Made by a program: the position numbers and the translations under genes. A stretch of 60,565 nt of DNA, counting the filler, from Nemertoderma westbladi (lineage: Eukaryota; Animalia; Xenacoelomorpha), in NCBI GenBank assembly GCA_032718475.1. It is 2 parts of 2 records of this genome, joined end to end, with 100 filler letters (N's around TTAATTAATTAA, not from the genome) between each part and the next. Parts side by side here need not be neighbours in the genome. Positions count along the whole stretch, not along the records: positions 31,332 to 60,565 come from JAUCBJ010006663.1; 1 more part is not named here. One strand, written 5' to 3'. Positions within the stretch are counted from its first letter, which is position 1. Every line of letters begins with the position of its first letter. The notes beneath the pieces are model-generated. The model saw only the letters and a program-made list of their open reading frames with translations, did no database searches and had not been told where the DNA came from. Shown in pieces: positions 47,284-58,970 of the stretch.

Positions 47284-47590
47284 TGTATTGTAATCGGCAG
47301 TATCATACTTAAGGAGAGTTAAAGGGTTCAGATACACACATTATATTAAGTTTACAAAACTGAAAACTGAATCTGCGTCATGTGATTTATATAAATAAAT
47401 CAAGTTTAGAATCTGCACCATTATTCGAAAACCTAGTAAATTCATAGACATGATATACGGTGTAAATGTCGGTCTAATGCACACTCAAAGGGTCTCGCAA
47501 GCAGCAAGTGGTTTGAGAACAAGTTGTTTCCAATCTATATAAGGAAAATTAAAATCACCCAGTAAAAATTATTAATTACCCGTATTGCTG
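47284..47590 (-). mobile_element. CR1-group LINE APE endonuclease fragment
   Basis: LLGDFNFPYIDW on the minus strand at ~47531-47566. Confidence 0.75.
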
Positions 47591-48018
47591 GTAAAAAATG
47601 ATTAACTACATAAAATATTTATTTATAAAACGAACTTTAAAATACATAAAATATAGTGCCCATTAGGGCGGGTCAAAAAATTTTTTTGACCCGCCCCAGT
47701 GCCCATGCCCATAAAACTCAAGTAAAACAGTAAAACGGAAAATTTAACTGCAGTCTACACCCGAATGTGGGCATTCCCTTAAGTGGGCACCAACTTTTTA
47801 AAACTACTGCAATTTTTTAACTAGGCCTACAGCACAATCCTTGAAATTGTATTGAATAGTTCACTAAATACGTTTTTTACTAAATCTGTTGACTAGTCAG
47901 TAGTCACTAGTTAATATTTATTAAAAGTTGATATTATTAAATAGTAGGCCTACCACGAAATCGTCGCCTGTAAGTTCGAGCGACGATTTACATGGTAATA
48001 ATGGCTACAGTAACCCTG

Positions 48019-48125
48019 AGCTCCCGTATAAACTTGGGGAATCAGTGCTATCGGTGTCGAGCTGGGAGAAAGACTTACGGGTGACCTTCCAAAACACCCT
48101 TACTTTCGGAAAACACATACAGTAG
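48019..48125 (+). mobile_element. Short CR1-group LINE fragment (post-RT)
   Basis: YKLG..L.....EKDL.V.F...L.F.KHI. Confidence 0.6.
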
Positions 48126-50736
48126 TTACCGTAAGCTAAGTACAATAAGCTTATGCTTCCTTTACCTTGATATTAAACATTAAACATAATCGGCTCTACT
48201 AATTTTACATATATCAATAAGGCCAATATATGCACGAAATTAAATTAAATTAAATTAATAAAGTTGTACTTTTAAATCTGGTGATCTACAGGCTGACTCG
48301 CTGACTAGCAGACTGGTACTATAATACTGCTCTACTGTAGGCCTAACTGCCTAATACGACCTGCCACTGCCATGTAGCAGTGCGGTGCAGTCAGGCAGTA
48401 CCGGTAGTCCACTAAATGTATTCCGAATGTCTGGACTTTCTGATTTTGTTTTTCTGTTTTTACTTGTTGTAAACCAGTACCGGTACGGTACCGGTAGTTT
48501 TATTAGATATTACCGGTAGCCTACTGTCAGACTGTATTACACAGTTGCAGTACAGTATTAAACCTAACAATGCAGCAATGATGCAATCAGCGGATCAGTG
48601 CTGCAGTGCGGTGTGGGTGACAGACCGAACGTAATCAGCTGATCAGGATCGAATGTAACATAGTTTTTACGAATCGAACATAACCTCAATTATGTTATGT
48701 ACAATAATTACACTAATTACAATAATACCAATACTAATACCAATAAGTACACTAATTATGTTACATTATGTTACCTATAATTATCTGATAACTGGATTAT
48801 GTTACATTCGATCTACAAATTCCTATGCCTGAATGTAGGCCTAACATATATTTATTTAAGTTATAGTTTAGTTCATATGCGTACCTCTGGCTGTCTGGTA
48901 CTTTCGTATTGCAAAAATAAGACTATAAGTATGAAATACACTATGTTATTGAGATATTGTTTATTGTTTTGGTTAGAAAAGCCCACCACTGTAACCTGCT
49001 CCTTTCCGTTAATTAAGTAATGGAGATTAGTTTATTGTTTTGGTTAGAAAACACCACCACTGTAACCTGCTTCTTTTGCCAGAGGTACGCATATGAACGA
49101 TAACCTTTATTTCAGTATTTATGTTGTGTTTTGATTTCAGGAGTTAACCGATGAAATGCTTCCTTTATTTACAGGAAGAAACAGTTTGGTGACTGGGTGA
49201 GTACAAAACTGCAAAACAAAGACCCCAGGTGCCAGGACCCAAGAGTCAAGACACAATTAATTAAGTACCGGCTGACCGGTACCGGTAACCTGCATAATCT
49301 TGTAACATGTGTTAACTTTCGTTTATTGTTTTGGTTCTCCCAACACGCCTCTGTAACCTACTCCTTTAAATGACAATGTTACATTCGGGCTTAGTAATTT
49401 GTAGATCGAATGTAACATAGCACAGAGAACGTGTACATTTACATATTGACAGGCGGCAATCCCCTGATACAGTACTGCAGTACGAAGCATGTGTTTGATA
49501 TAAATATTAGATTTCTACTTCCATAACAATTCTCATTGATTCCGCAGGTCAATGTCAGAATGTTATAATTAAACAGTCAATTTGATATATTCTTCCATCT
49601 TCCGATTCCATACAGCCATAGGCGGCTTACACACCAACTCCCACATCCCACCCTACTGCCCTATTTATCCCAATCCATCAATTTTTGTCACAGGTGGTCT
49701 GAGGATACTACCTACATTATACAAAATGAGTTTTCCATCCTGATACCTCTGTTTAACTGTTTAAATTGACAATGTTTATAATACAGTAATAATAATATTC
49801 CATAAGCTGATAAGCATCAAACAGTCTTGCAATGTAATAAATCTGCCCAATAACTCATTGAACCGGAAGGACGCCCCTGGCTGACAACATAAATCAAAGC
49901 TAAAGTAAACACTATCTCTCCTTCATAGACTTATGTCTTCAATATACTACCCAGAGACAGTCAGTCCCCTGGCTGCCTGGTCCCCTATATGGAATACTGA
50001 CAAAAAGCGCGCCACACGCGTTCTGGTTAAACGAAAATCGCGCCACCCCTGATATCTAATGCGCGCCAAGCCAACAATTGACTATGAAATTTTGCAGTAA
50101 TTGCTTAATTGTAATAATTTATCAGTTTATAACTGTATAATGCTGTAGCCCTACAGTATTTTAACATTAAAATGCGAGTGTAGCGAGCAAGGAAATTTTC
50201 CAATTATCTGATTATGTTAACATAAATACAGTCTGACAGTAATAGTCAGATAGTGCTGTAGTAGTAGTAGAAGTAGGTAAACGTCAACTGACTGTTTTTA
50301 AATGCAGATGTGATGAAGATGCGAGCGTAGCGAGCACGAAAATTTTAACATTTCAGCATTTAAAGTAGGCAAAGCGACTGTTTTCAAATGTCAAATGCAT
50401 AAATGCAGATGTCATTAAATTGCGAGCTAGCGAGCACGGAAATTCTGCTGAATCATGCAGTCATGCAGGCTGTCATGGTTTTATTGGTTTGAAGAATCTG
50501 ACAATTGAAAAACTTTTGAAACAAGTGCTCAATCTGTCTGTTTCCATTTGTCCACAGCCAGACAGTGCTAAGAGTAGGTTTACAGTTTAAACGCGAGCGA
50601 AGCGAGCGGACATTTTTCAATCTTTTTAAACCTATAGAATAATTTCAAATAGAGCTGTAGAGTGGGATGTGTTGCCAGTGCACTGCTCTGCTATGCTACC
50701 TCCTACTGTCCTAACCTAACCCTACATCCCCATATT

Positions 50737-50857
50737 CGCGCCAGGACCGCCAGGATCCTCAATGCGCGCCACACGCCCCTGTCACTACGCGCCAGGATCC
50801 TTAATCCGCGCCACACGCCCCTGTCACTACGCGCCAGGATCCTTAATCCGCGCCACA
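50737..50857. repeat. 42-bp tandem repeat, ~2.7 copies
   Basis: CGCGCCAGGATCCTTAATCCGCGCCACACGCCCCTGTCACTA. Confidence 0.8.
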
Positions 50858-51308
50858 CATGTTGAGCAAACTCTACATAAATTCCAACCTGGCCTGGTCC
50901 CAGGCTATACAAAATTAGTTACCTCGGAGCCAGCAGCTGCTGCAGAGTGTTGCATAACACAAATCCATTTACTATAACATTGCCTTCTTTTCATTTCTTC
51001 GTTACATTATCTCTTTTTGTGTAGTATCACGACACTTTATTTCACAACTAATTTATTGCAGATAGATTATATAACATTAAGTAATTAATATAATCAGATG
51101 GCTGGATGAGGATGGGGGGGGGGGGGGATAGGAATAATATAACAATAGGGATGAATACAGTATAATTAAAAACAAACCAAGCCTAGGCCTAGGCCTATAC
51201 AATATCCACAAGACTTAAGCAGCCCCCCCCCCCCCACCCCCACCTGAATTATTGCAGGAGTGAAAAGTATCACATTGTCCTAATCTGTAATCCAAATCAA
51301 CTTGAGAG

Positions 51309-52254
51309 CGGCCCGACGAATCTGTACAAAATAGTACAAAAGAGTACAATAAAGTGCAAAAATAGTACAAAAGAGTTCAAAAATAGTACAAAAGAATACA
51401 AAAGAGTGAGAAACGCTATACAAAACGTGTATACTGGTATACCAGTGTAGTCTACACTACACTACACTTACACTTGTATATAAATATAATTAATTGTAAG
51501 CAAATGCAACGGCAGAACGGGACCGAAATATGCGCCGCTACAGTGTCAATCACTAGCGCCTTGGTTCTGTGGTCAGTATGAAATGATTGACAGAACTTTG
51601 ATTCATGTAGATTTTGACTGGCTTACAGAGTTACAAGTAGAAATAGGCTACAGTTCGTATAATACAATATAACTGTATAATGCAATAAATATATGCAGTG
51701 GGTAGATAAAACTCCTATAACTGAGACTCAAAATTTAGGTCATACTGTCATAGTCTTAAAGTAGCCCATATACTGAAGGATAGACTGTATGCTACATTAT
51801 GTATGTAGGCTATGTATGTCTGTATGTACGCCTCTATCTGCAACTTTATTGAGTTCTCCCTCCTGCCCTCTGCAATTTTGCGGGCTTGGGACCGTTTTTT
51901 GTGTTTTTTGAGCACAAAAGGCTGCATTAAAACTCAAGATTGTATTGTAATAGGGGCCTACTCTCTGACTGCTAGACAGCTAGATCAGCCCCCGCTCAAT
52001 GCATGGCTCGCCCCACAATTAGACAATGCTTTGTTATATTTTGCACATCATGTGCGCCCCTCTAAACGATTTGAACTACACTTGGATACACGTTTTGCAA
52101 GCGTTTCTCACTCGTTTGTACTCTTTTGTACTATTTTTGCACTCTTTTGTACCGGTACTATTTTTGCACTTTATTGTACTCTTTTGTATTCTTTTGTACT
52201 ATATTGTACTATTTTGTATTTTTTTGTACTTTTTTATACAAATTCGTCGGACCC
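51309..52254. mobile_element. Non-autonomous Mutator-like/foldback element
   Basis: 9-bp TSD ACTTGAGAG (51300-08, 52255-63). Imperfect ~120-150 bp TIRs built of 11-bp AGTACAAAA(A/G)N repeats. Confidence 0.82.
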
Positions 52255-53054
52255 ACTTGAGAGAGGCAAAGAGCAACGTTTATTTATTTATTTTTCAGAT
52301 ACATCGCCAACACTTTCTTCTTTATGCTCATATTAATTAAGTATACCGTAAAAACTCTTTAACCTAGTCAGCCAGTGACTACCTACTGTAAGAAATGTAC
52401 ATACACCAAATGTCAATATGTGCGCCGCCTCGTCGGATTCCGAGTGGCCCACACCCGCCCAGGTGTGCCCATTGCGGATCTTCCGTAGTAAACCAATTTG
52501 GTCAGGTCAAACAAATCCAAACATTCACTGGAGATCTCCAAATGGGGCGCTATGTGAAGTACCTTGCAGACACGATGATGAATGTAACTTAGTTCTGTAG
52601 TTATACTGTTATAGGACAGTAGGATCCAATGTAACATACTGACATACCGGTACGCGGTTACGTTCGATACGTAATAATTATGTTACATTCGATCCTGATT
52701 ACGTTCGGTCATGTATCCAATCAGCAGATCGGTGCAATGGTAGAATGGTTACCGGTAATACCATATTAAATTACATAACATAATGCTGTAATCAGGTAAT
52801 GGTTGTGGAAATAGATTACCGTAACGAAACGATTGTAGATGTAGGCCTATCAGACTATAGTTCTTAGTTAGCAAAATTTATTTTGAAAGCTTGTTCTTCA
52901 ATTATTTTTCCATTTGATGTCTGTCTGTACTGTACCGGTACGGTACCTATTTAAGAATGTAAGAAGATGCAGTAATGTAATCTAATCTTCAACATCAAGG
53001 ATATCGTTTATAAGTAAAAATTGGAACAATATTTAATTGTTGTTTGTTTTTGAG

Positions 53055-53153
53055 ATGTCTGATTTGGATGGACAAAATGGGCCAGTTGGAGGAATTGGTG
53101 ATGATTCTAAGAAAGGAACACGAGTGTTTAAGAAAAGTTCACCCAATGGAAAG
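53055..53153 (+). CDS. ARRB: Arrestin (beta-arrestin/kurtz-like), first coding exon
   Basis: Encodes MSDLDGQNGPVGGIGDDSKKGTRVFKKSSPNGK, followed by donor GTTAGA. Matches the arrestin N-terminus GTRVFKK.SPNGK. Confidence 0.9.
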
Positions 53154-54578
53154 GTTAGACCTGTAGCATAGCCTATTTATAGTGCTGACGGCTAAAAAAA
53201 ATTAAGTGGAAATAGGCGGCTAAATAAAAATATGTAAAGTTCTACCATATATAATGAATATTTATTGGAAATATTGTTGTTGCATCAGACAGTCAGAAAG
53301 AGCATCATTTAAAACCCCTAAAACCAAAGATATTAAATGTTTAGAATAAGAATCATTCAAAAAGTGCACCACTCCAATGCCAGTGCCAAAGATCTATGAA
53401 TATGCTTCTGTGTTTTCGAAGATAATCTTTTCAAAGTAGTCTGATATTTAATATGTAAATAACAGTGCACCTAATTGTATGCATGCCAAGATTGCCAACT
53501 CTATATAGTCAATATCTATCGCAAACAAAATAAAAATAATTTTATGTTAGGCAAATTACATTTTCAACTTATTTTTTTTTTAGCTACCAATAAAAATTAG
53601 GGGGTAGGGTAAAAAAAATATGTGGCAAATACATCAGTCAGTCAGTACACAGTACAACAGTACAATACTTTATCTAGTTTTGAAGGTGTCTTCACCAACT
53701 AAATCGGTCATTGCGGTTCTAATGAGCATAATATCAATGTAGTAGGAATACTAGAAGTTGATCATCACAAAAATGGGGAATATGACTAACTTGCTCCAAA
53801 GGCGGGAACTAATCAATCATGTGCCTGTGGGAATATTTCCTGTCATCCCCAAATCAAAATTTTGGTATCTATCCAAGTGCAAACTGAGTTGAAAATCAGA
53901 ACAAAGTTTTTTTGCGCGGTTGCCTTAGTGACGTCCCCAGAGCAGTATCACTATCGACACCGAGTCCGCAGAGAATAGACAGTAAACTATTTACGAGCTT
54001 TATAAAAATATTTTTATCTATAGGCCTATAGGCCTAATTAGTAAAAAATATACGGCTATTCCGTTTACATATCAATGTCGTATCCTTTCGTAATTTCAAG
54101 GTTATACATTTTTTTCGCCAACCCTAGCAAATAATATATATTTCGAAAGCCCTTGGCGTGCTGATTTCAAATTTCATAGTGGTTCATTTTTTCTACTAGT
54201 AAAAACGTTATGGACGAAAAACATATGTCTCGTCGGTAACGCTTTGTCTCATCTAAATTTCCTTGTTTAAACATGCGTTATGTTTTGGACATGTCTCATC
54301 TGTAACGAAAGTGTAACGACAGTTTATTTGCGTTACATCTTTCTGTGCATGCTTTACAAGTGAGGCAGCGATACAATGCGTTACATACCGTTACATGCAG
54401 GATATGGCTCATGGAATGGCGAAATTACGTCTGATACAATTTTGGCCACTTTTTCGTAATTAACCCTATATTGTATTGTATTATATATATATATATAATA
54501 TGTATTGCATGTATGTGTATATTACGTTACCGAAGTTGTATTTGTTTTAGTTACCGGTATATTGTAAATGCATTACAG

Positions 54579-54639
54579 ATAACAACTTACATTGGACGAA
54601 GAGACTTTCTAGACCATTTAGATCACGTAGATCCAATAG
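54579..54639 (+). CDS. ARRB: Arrestin, second coding exon (gene continues beyond window)
   Basis: 61-nt exon between CAG and GTTAGT encoding ITTYIGRRDFLDHLDHVDPI(D), in phase with exon 1. Confidence 0.92.
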
Positions 54640-54699
54640 GTTAGTGGTTTGTTATGTTATTTATAATTATAATTACATCCCGGTATCCAAGGTTACGAT

Positions 54700-54960
54700 A
54701 TGCCATCTATCGGACGTGTTTCATTAGTCTCCCTTAGCTTGACAGTTGAAGGGAACCGCATCCGCTTTGCAGGACATTGCTTTCGCCGTGAGGACCAGCC
54801 AGTGCATAATCTTGTACTTTGGCAGCCTCATGGAGTGAATAAGCATGGTGGACAGCCCTTGACTTTCTTGAGACGCATCTTAAAGGACACTGACATTGAA
54901 GATGCGGATGATCTAGCAAATGTCATGGGTGATAGGGAGTTGTGGCGGTGCATTTTTTTT
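54700..54960 (+). mobile_element. RTE 3' fragment, near-identical to ~18505-18745
   Basis: RFAGHCFRREDQPVHNLVLWQ..DRELWRC is shared. Confidence 0.85.
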
Positions 54961-54970
54961 TCAACCGTTA

Positions 54971-55520
54971 GGGGGCGTCCATAAAGTATGTCACGCACTA
55001 GGGGGGGGGGGGGGGGGGGTCGAGCTTGCGTGACATTTTGTGACGGGGGGGGGGGGGGGGTTGACTTTTGTGACGGTCACGGCGATGTTCTACGGTATGC
55101 TTTAATGTTAGCTTGACTTTGACTAACACATTTGTAGATGAGTGGGAAACTTTAAGGAAAAAAACAATAAACTCAATAACATTGAATTTAATCCCTAACA
55201 TTAACAGGGCACCCCTGTCTAGTCTGCCTTGTACATGTACAGTACTGTAGTTTGAAGCTGCTAAAGTATGTAGTTTAAGGCTTTTAGTAAGAACTACTTC
55301 AGTCAAAATGTTTCACTTTCTATTGTGCTTTCTAGCTGTTATTAAATTATTGAAATAAAATATTTTTCGTCTGGGGGGGGGGGGGGGGGGGTATAAATTT
55401 ACGAAAATTTTTTATTTTTGTGACAGAGGTGGGGTCGAGCTTACGTGACACTTCGTGACAGAGGGGGGGGGGGGGTCTAAAAACTGGAAAATTTGCGTGA
55501 CATACTTTATGAACGCCCCC
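54971..55520. mobile_element. PIF/Harbinger-type MITE
   Basis: 26-bp TIR GGGGGCGT(C/T)CATAAAGTATGTCACGC with TTA TSD on both sides. Confidence 0.88.
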
Positions 55521-56060
55521 TTATACCAATCAGGCCAATATATAATGGAATGGGCATATCCGAACTAATCCGTGAGTTTTATCAGCGTTGTTGTTTTTTC
55601 TCTTCAGCAAAGTTAATTTTCAATTTGCTTTCTTACTATTGATTGAGTGGTAATTAACAAACACAAAGACGCTTAATAAAACACGAATCTACGATATGTT
55701 AATTATTATATATATGTGCTATAACAGTGTAGTCCGGCAGCTTAGCACATGGAATACTAGCACCTCAATAAATTAATTTATTAAAAAATACCGCAGGCCC
55801 AGTCAATATTGTCGACTAATAAGTTCAGTGTACGTATCTTTTTCTTTTATCACTCAACCTTCAATGTTTCAACTGTATTGGCCTAACTCATTAAGAAATA
55901 TTATATTTACCTAAAAATTCATGATGTGGTAAATTTTGTACGGAACCTTTTTTTTTCCTCAAGCTCAAATATGATAGCCAAATACGTTTAACTATGATGA
56001 TGACGTATATAATATATAAAATATATGATAGGCATACTTATAATCCCTTATATATTATAT

Positions 56061-57069
56061 CAGGCCTCCCAGAGTTTTTTCCTTTTTTCCTTTTTTGTCC
56101 TTTATTTTAGAACTTTTCCTTTTTTTTTTGGAACGTTTCCTTTTTTCCTTTTTTCGTTTTTTCTTTGTCCATTTTCACACATTGTTTTCCTTTTTTTTTT
56201 GGTTCAGAAGATCAACTTCAGCTTGCTGTTGATATTGACAAGGTTATAACAGAGATTGACGGGCATAATGCCGATTTTTATTTTGAGTATATATGTCTAT
56301 TTTGACAAAAATCACAAGCTACTAAGCTACCATAAAAATGTAGCAGTGGAGGGAACTTTAATAGATTTATTTTCTGAGGGGGGGGATATATTATGATTGA
56401 CACAAAACCCGCCTTGGTGAATTAACATTGTTGATTTTCAATTTAGGGAAAGCAACAGGTTGCAGTGGCAGTCTATTCTAACCAAAACAATAAAAGAAAG
56501 CCTATAACAAGGGTTAATTTCATTTTTGCTCGTAATCAGCTGTTATTTGCATCCGTTTTCCCCTGGAGATGGTTGAATTTTGATTGCGTCTAAAAGCATT
56601 TTTGTTATTTATATAAATGTAGCCACGACCGGAAATCCGTACCAAAGTTTTTATATAACTTTCAAACTAAAGTTCTATTTCAAGCGTTTGATAAACCGAG
56701 CCCGAGCTCACCATCTCTGATAACTAGGCAAAAAAGGTGAACATTTCGTAATTGTTTTTAAACGTTCTTATTTCATTGATATGTTGATTTATAATAATTA
56801 TATTGCCATTGCCGTGGCCGTGGTCGTTCTCTTTCTGTGTTTCTACTTTTTAACTTACTTTGATCTCTTCTTGTCATTTAATACAGTGACGTTTCTTAAT
56901 AGGCCTATATAAGGTTAATGAAATATAATGTTTACTATCCTTTTTTTAAAGATAATATCAATTCAGTTTTTCCCTTTTTTGAACCGTCATCCTGATCCTT
57001 TTCTTTTTTTGAAAATATAAATTCCATTTTTTCCTTTTTTTCATCTGATTTTTTTGGCTGGGAGGGCTG
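56061..57069. mobile_element. Possible hAT-like non-autonomous element
   Basis: CAGGCCTCCCAG / CTGGGAGGGCTG inverted ends with TTCCTTTT subterminal repeats. The TSD is not clean. Confidence 0.4.
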
Positions 57070-57149
57070 TTATATTTATTTTAAGATATAAGATAATTAA
57101 AGATGAGATATAACAAGATATAATGTAAGATATATATATATATATGACT

Positions 57150-57412
57150 TACTATTCCCACCCGTGACACTTACCTATGGGACTTTAAAGATACCCCGTT
57201 ACAACCTAGTATCCTTTGGTGCTCGCTCTTTCTCTTAATCAGCACCTGTCGTTTTTAGTAGCTTACCACTATCCCTCAGAACCGCAACCAATCTCATACC
57301 TTCGGGCGTGGTCTAAAAACTTAACTATTTAACAGGGACTTTCAGTAACACTCAGCTATATTCTCCCTCTCATAATGCCTTACAACCTGTACTACATAAT
57401 AATAATAATAAT
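57150..57412 (+). mobile_element. L2-type LINE 3' end
   Basis: Degenerate FGARSFS.SAP..F.SLP.SLR.A..LKT motif followed by a (TAA)n tail. Confidence 0.6.
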
Positions 57413-57679
57413 AAAACTGCTCATTACTATTATTGTTGCACGCACAATTTTCGTATGCAACCCAACAAAAACCGTATTAAACGGTTAACTTTACGTACAA
57501 ATAAATAATAAATGTTCCATTGTTTCTACCATAATGATTACATTGCATTCCATTGTAACGTTACAAAGTGGTACTTTGCTGCATTGCGAGCAGGGGCGTA
57601 CTGGGAAGAAAAACCGGGCCGGGAAAACTACTGTACACCAGGCCAGCCCAGGTGTCAACAGGATTATGAAATTGTGCTG

Positions 57680-58300
57680 ACCCAGTGCAGTGCTCTTCAT
57701 GGTATTGCAGTGCATTTCGTACTTGTGAAGTGCACATTGCAACCGGTGAGTTAGTGCACTTCATACCGCTGCAGTGCCCTACTCGTACTGGTGCAGTGCA
57801 CTTTAAATCAAGAGCAGTGCAAATAATGCTGGTGCAGTGCGCAATGCACGGGTGCATTAGAGCGCTTCGCACCGGTGAGTGAACTTCTTACTGGTGCAGT
57901 GCACATTGCACCGGTGAGTTAGTGCACTTCATACCGCTGCAGTGCACTTCGTACTGGTGCAGTGCACTTTAAATCAAGAGCAGTGCAAGTAATGCTGGTG
58001 CAGTGCGCAATGCACGGGTGCATTAGTGCACTTCGTACCGGTGTGGTTCACTTTGAACCAGTGTAGTGCACTTCATACCGGTGGGATGTAGTGCACATTG
58101 CATCGGTCAATTAGTGCACTTCTCATGGCATTGCTCTTCTTACCGGTGCAGTGCACGTTACTGTTGCAGTGCAATTTCTAAAGGTGCAGTGCACTCAATA
58201 CATTGTGCAGTGCATATTGCAGTATTGCACCGTTAAATTAGTGCACTTCGTACCGGTGCGGTGCACTTCGTACTCACTGGTGCAGTTCAAATTGTGTGCC
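57680..58300. repeat. Degenerate GTGCA/ACCGGT-rich tandem repeat with a ~166-bp higher-order duplication
   Basis: TTAAATCAAGAGCAGTGCAA at 57803 and 57969. Confidence 0.75.
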
Positions 58301-58748
58301 GGTACGTCAAGACGGTTTACTCAGGGTATATAATACTTTTTCCGTGCTCAGTGCTCAGTGCATGTAGGTTAGCTAACAGACTGGTAGCTACGATAAAATA
58401 AAATACATGTCACAAATATATTCTTTATACGGTCATTATTATCATGAGTGGATTTTAGAGAATTACATTTTTTGTATAATTATCATTCTGCTCAATATAG
58501 ATAGACATCCTATTGAATTCAGTTGACTGATATGAGTTTTGTGTTTGGGCGGTGTTTGGTTATATATATTATATTGTATTTGATTTCCTGCTCAATGTCA
58601 TACAGCGTATATTGTATACTGACAGAGGCAGGCGTGTCTCATGTATGAGTTGCAAGGGAAGTTGTGTGTCTCATTCATCTACACTTCAACAGCAGCACTC
58701 CATCAACTAATTACGTGTTATAATTCATTGTGGAGTTCCAGATATTTG

Positions 58749-58970
58749 CGCCCATGTGAAGAATACCAGGATTTCACTTTTCGGTCGACTTTTTATTGGA
58801 ATTTTATATATGAAGATTTTTTATTTTTTTTAATTTATCTTTATTAAGTGTTTTATAGCGCTTATCTGTCTTATAACCTGTGGTTTTGGTGAAAACCTGG
58901 TATTCTTCACATGGGGGTAACTGCAAAGTGAAATATAACGGCAGAAAGTCTGGTATTCTTCACATGGGCC
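58749..58970. mobile_element. 222-bp MITE with 8-bp TSD
   Basis: TIR (C/G)GCCCATGTGAAGAATACCAG. TSD GATATTTG at 58741-48 and 58971-78. Confidence 0.9.

Larger units (their letters stand above)
48623..52710. mobile_element. Putative 4.1-kb TIR element, unclassified
   Basis: GACCGAACGTAATCAG(CTGATCAG)GATCGAATGTAACATA at left is inverted at 52679-52710. Internal GATCGAATGTAACA repeats. No clear TSD. Confidence 0.55.

Noticed and set aside
57491-58333. Cys/His-rich ORFs
   Set aside because: They are products of the GTGCA-rich repeat.
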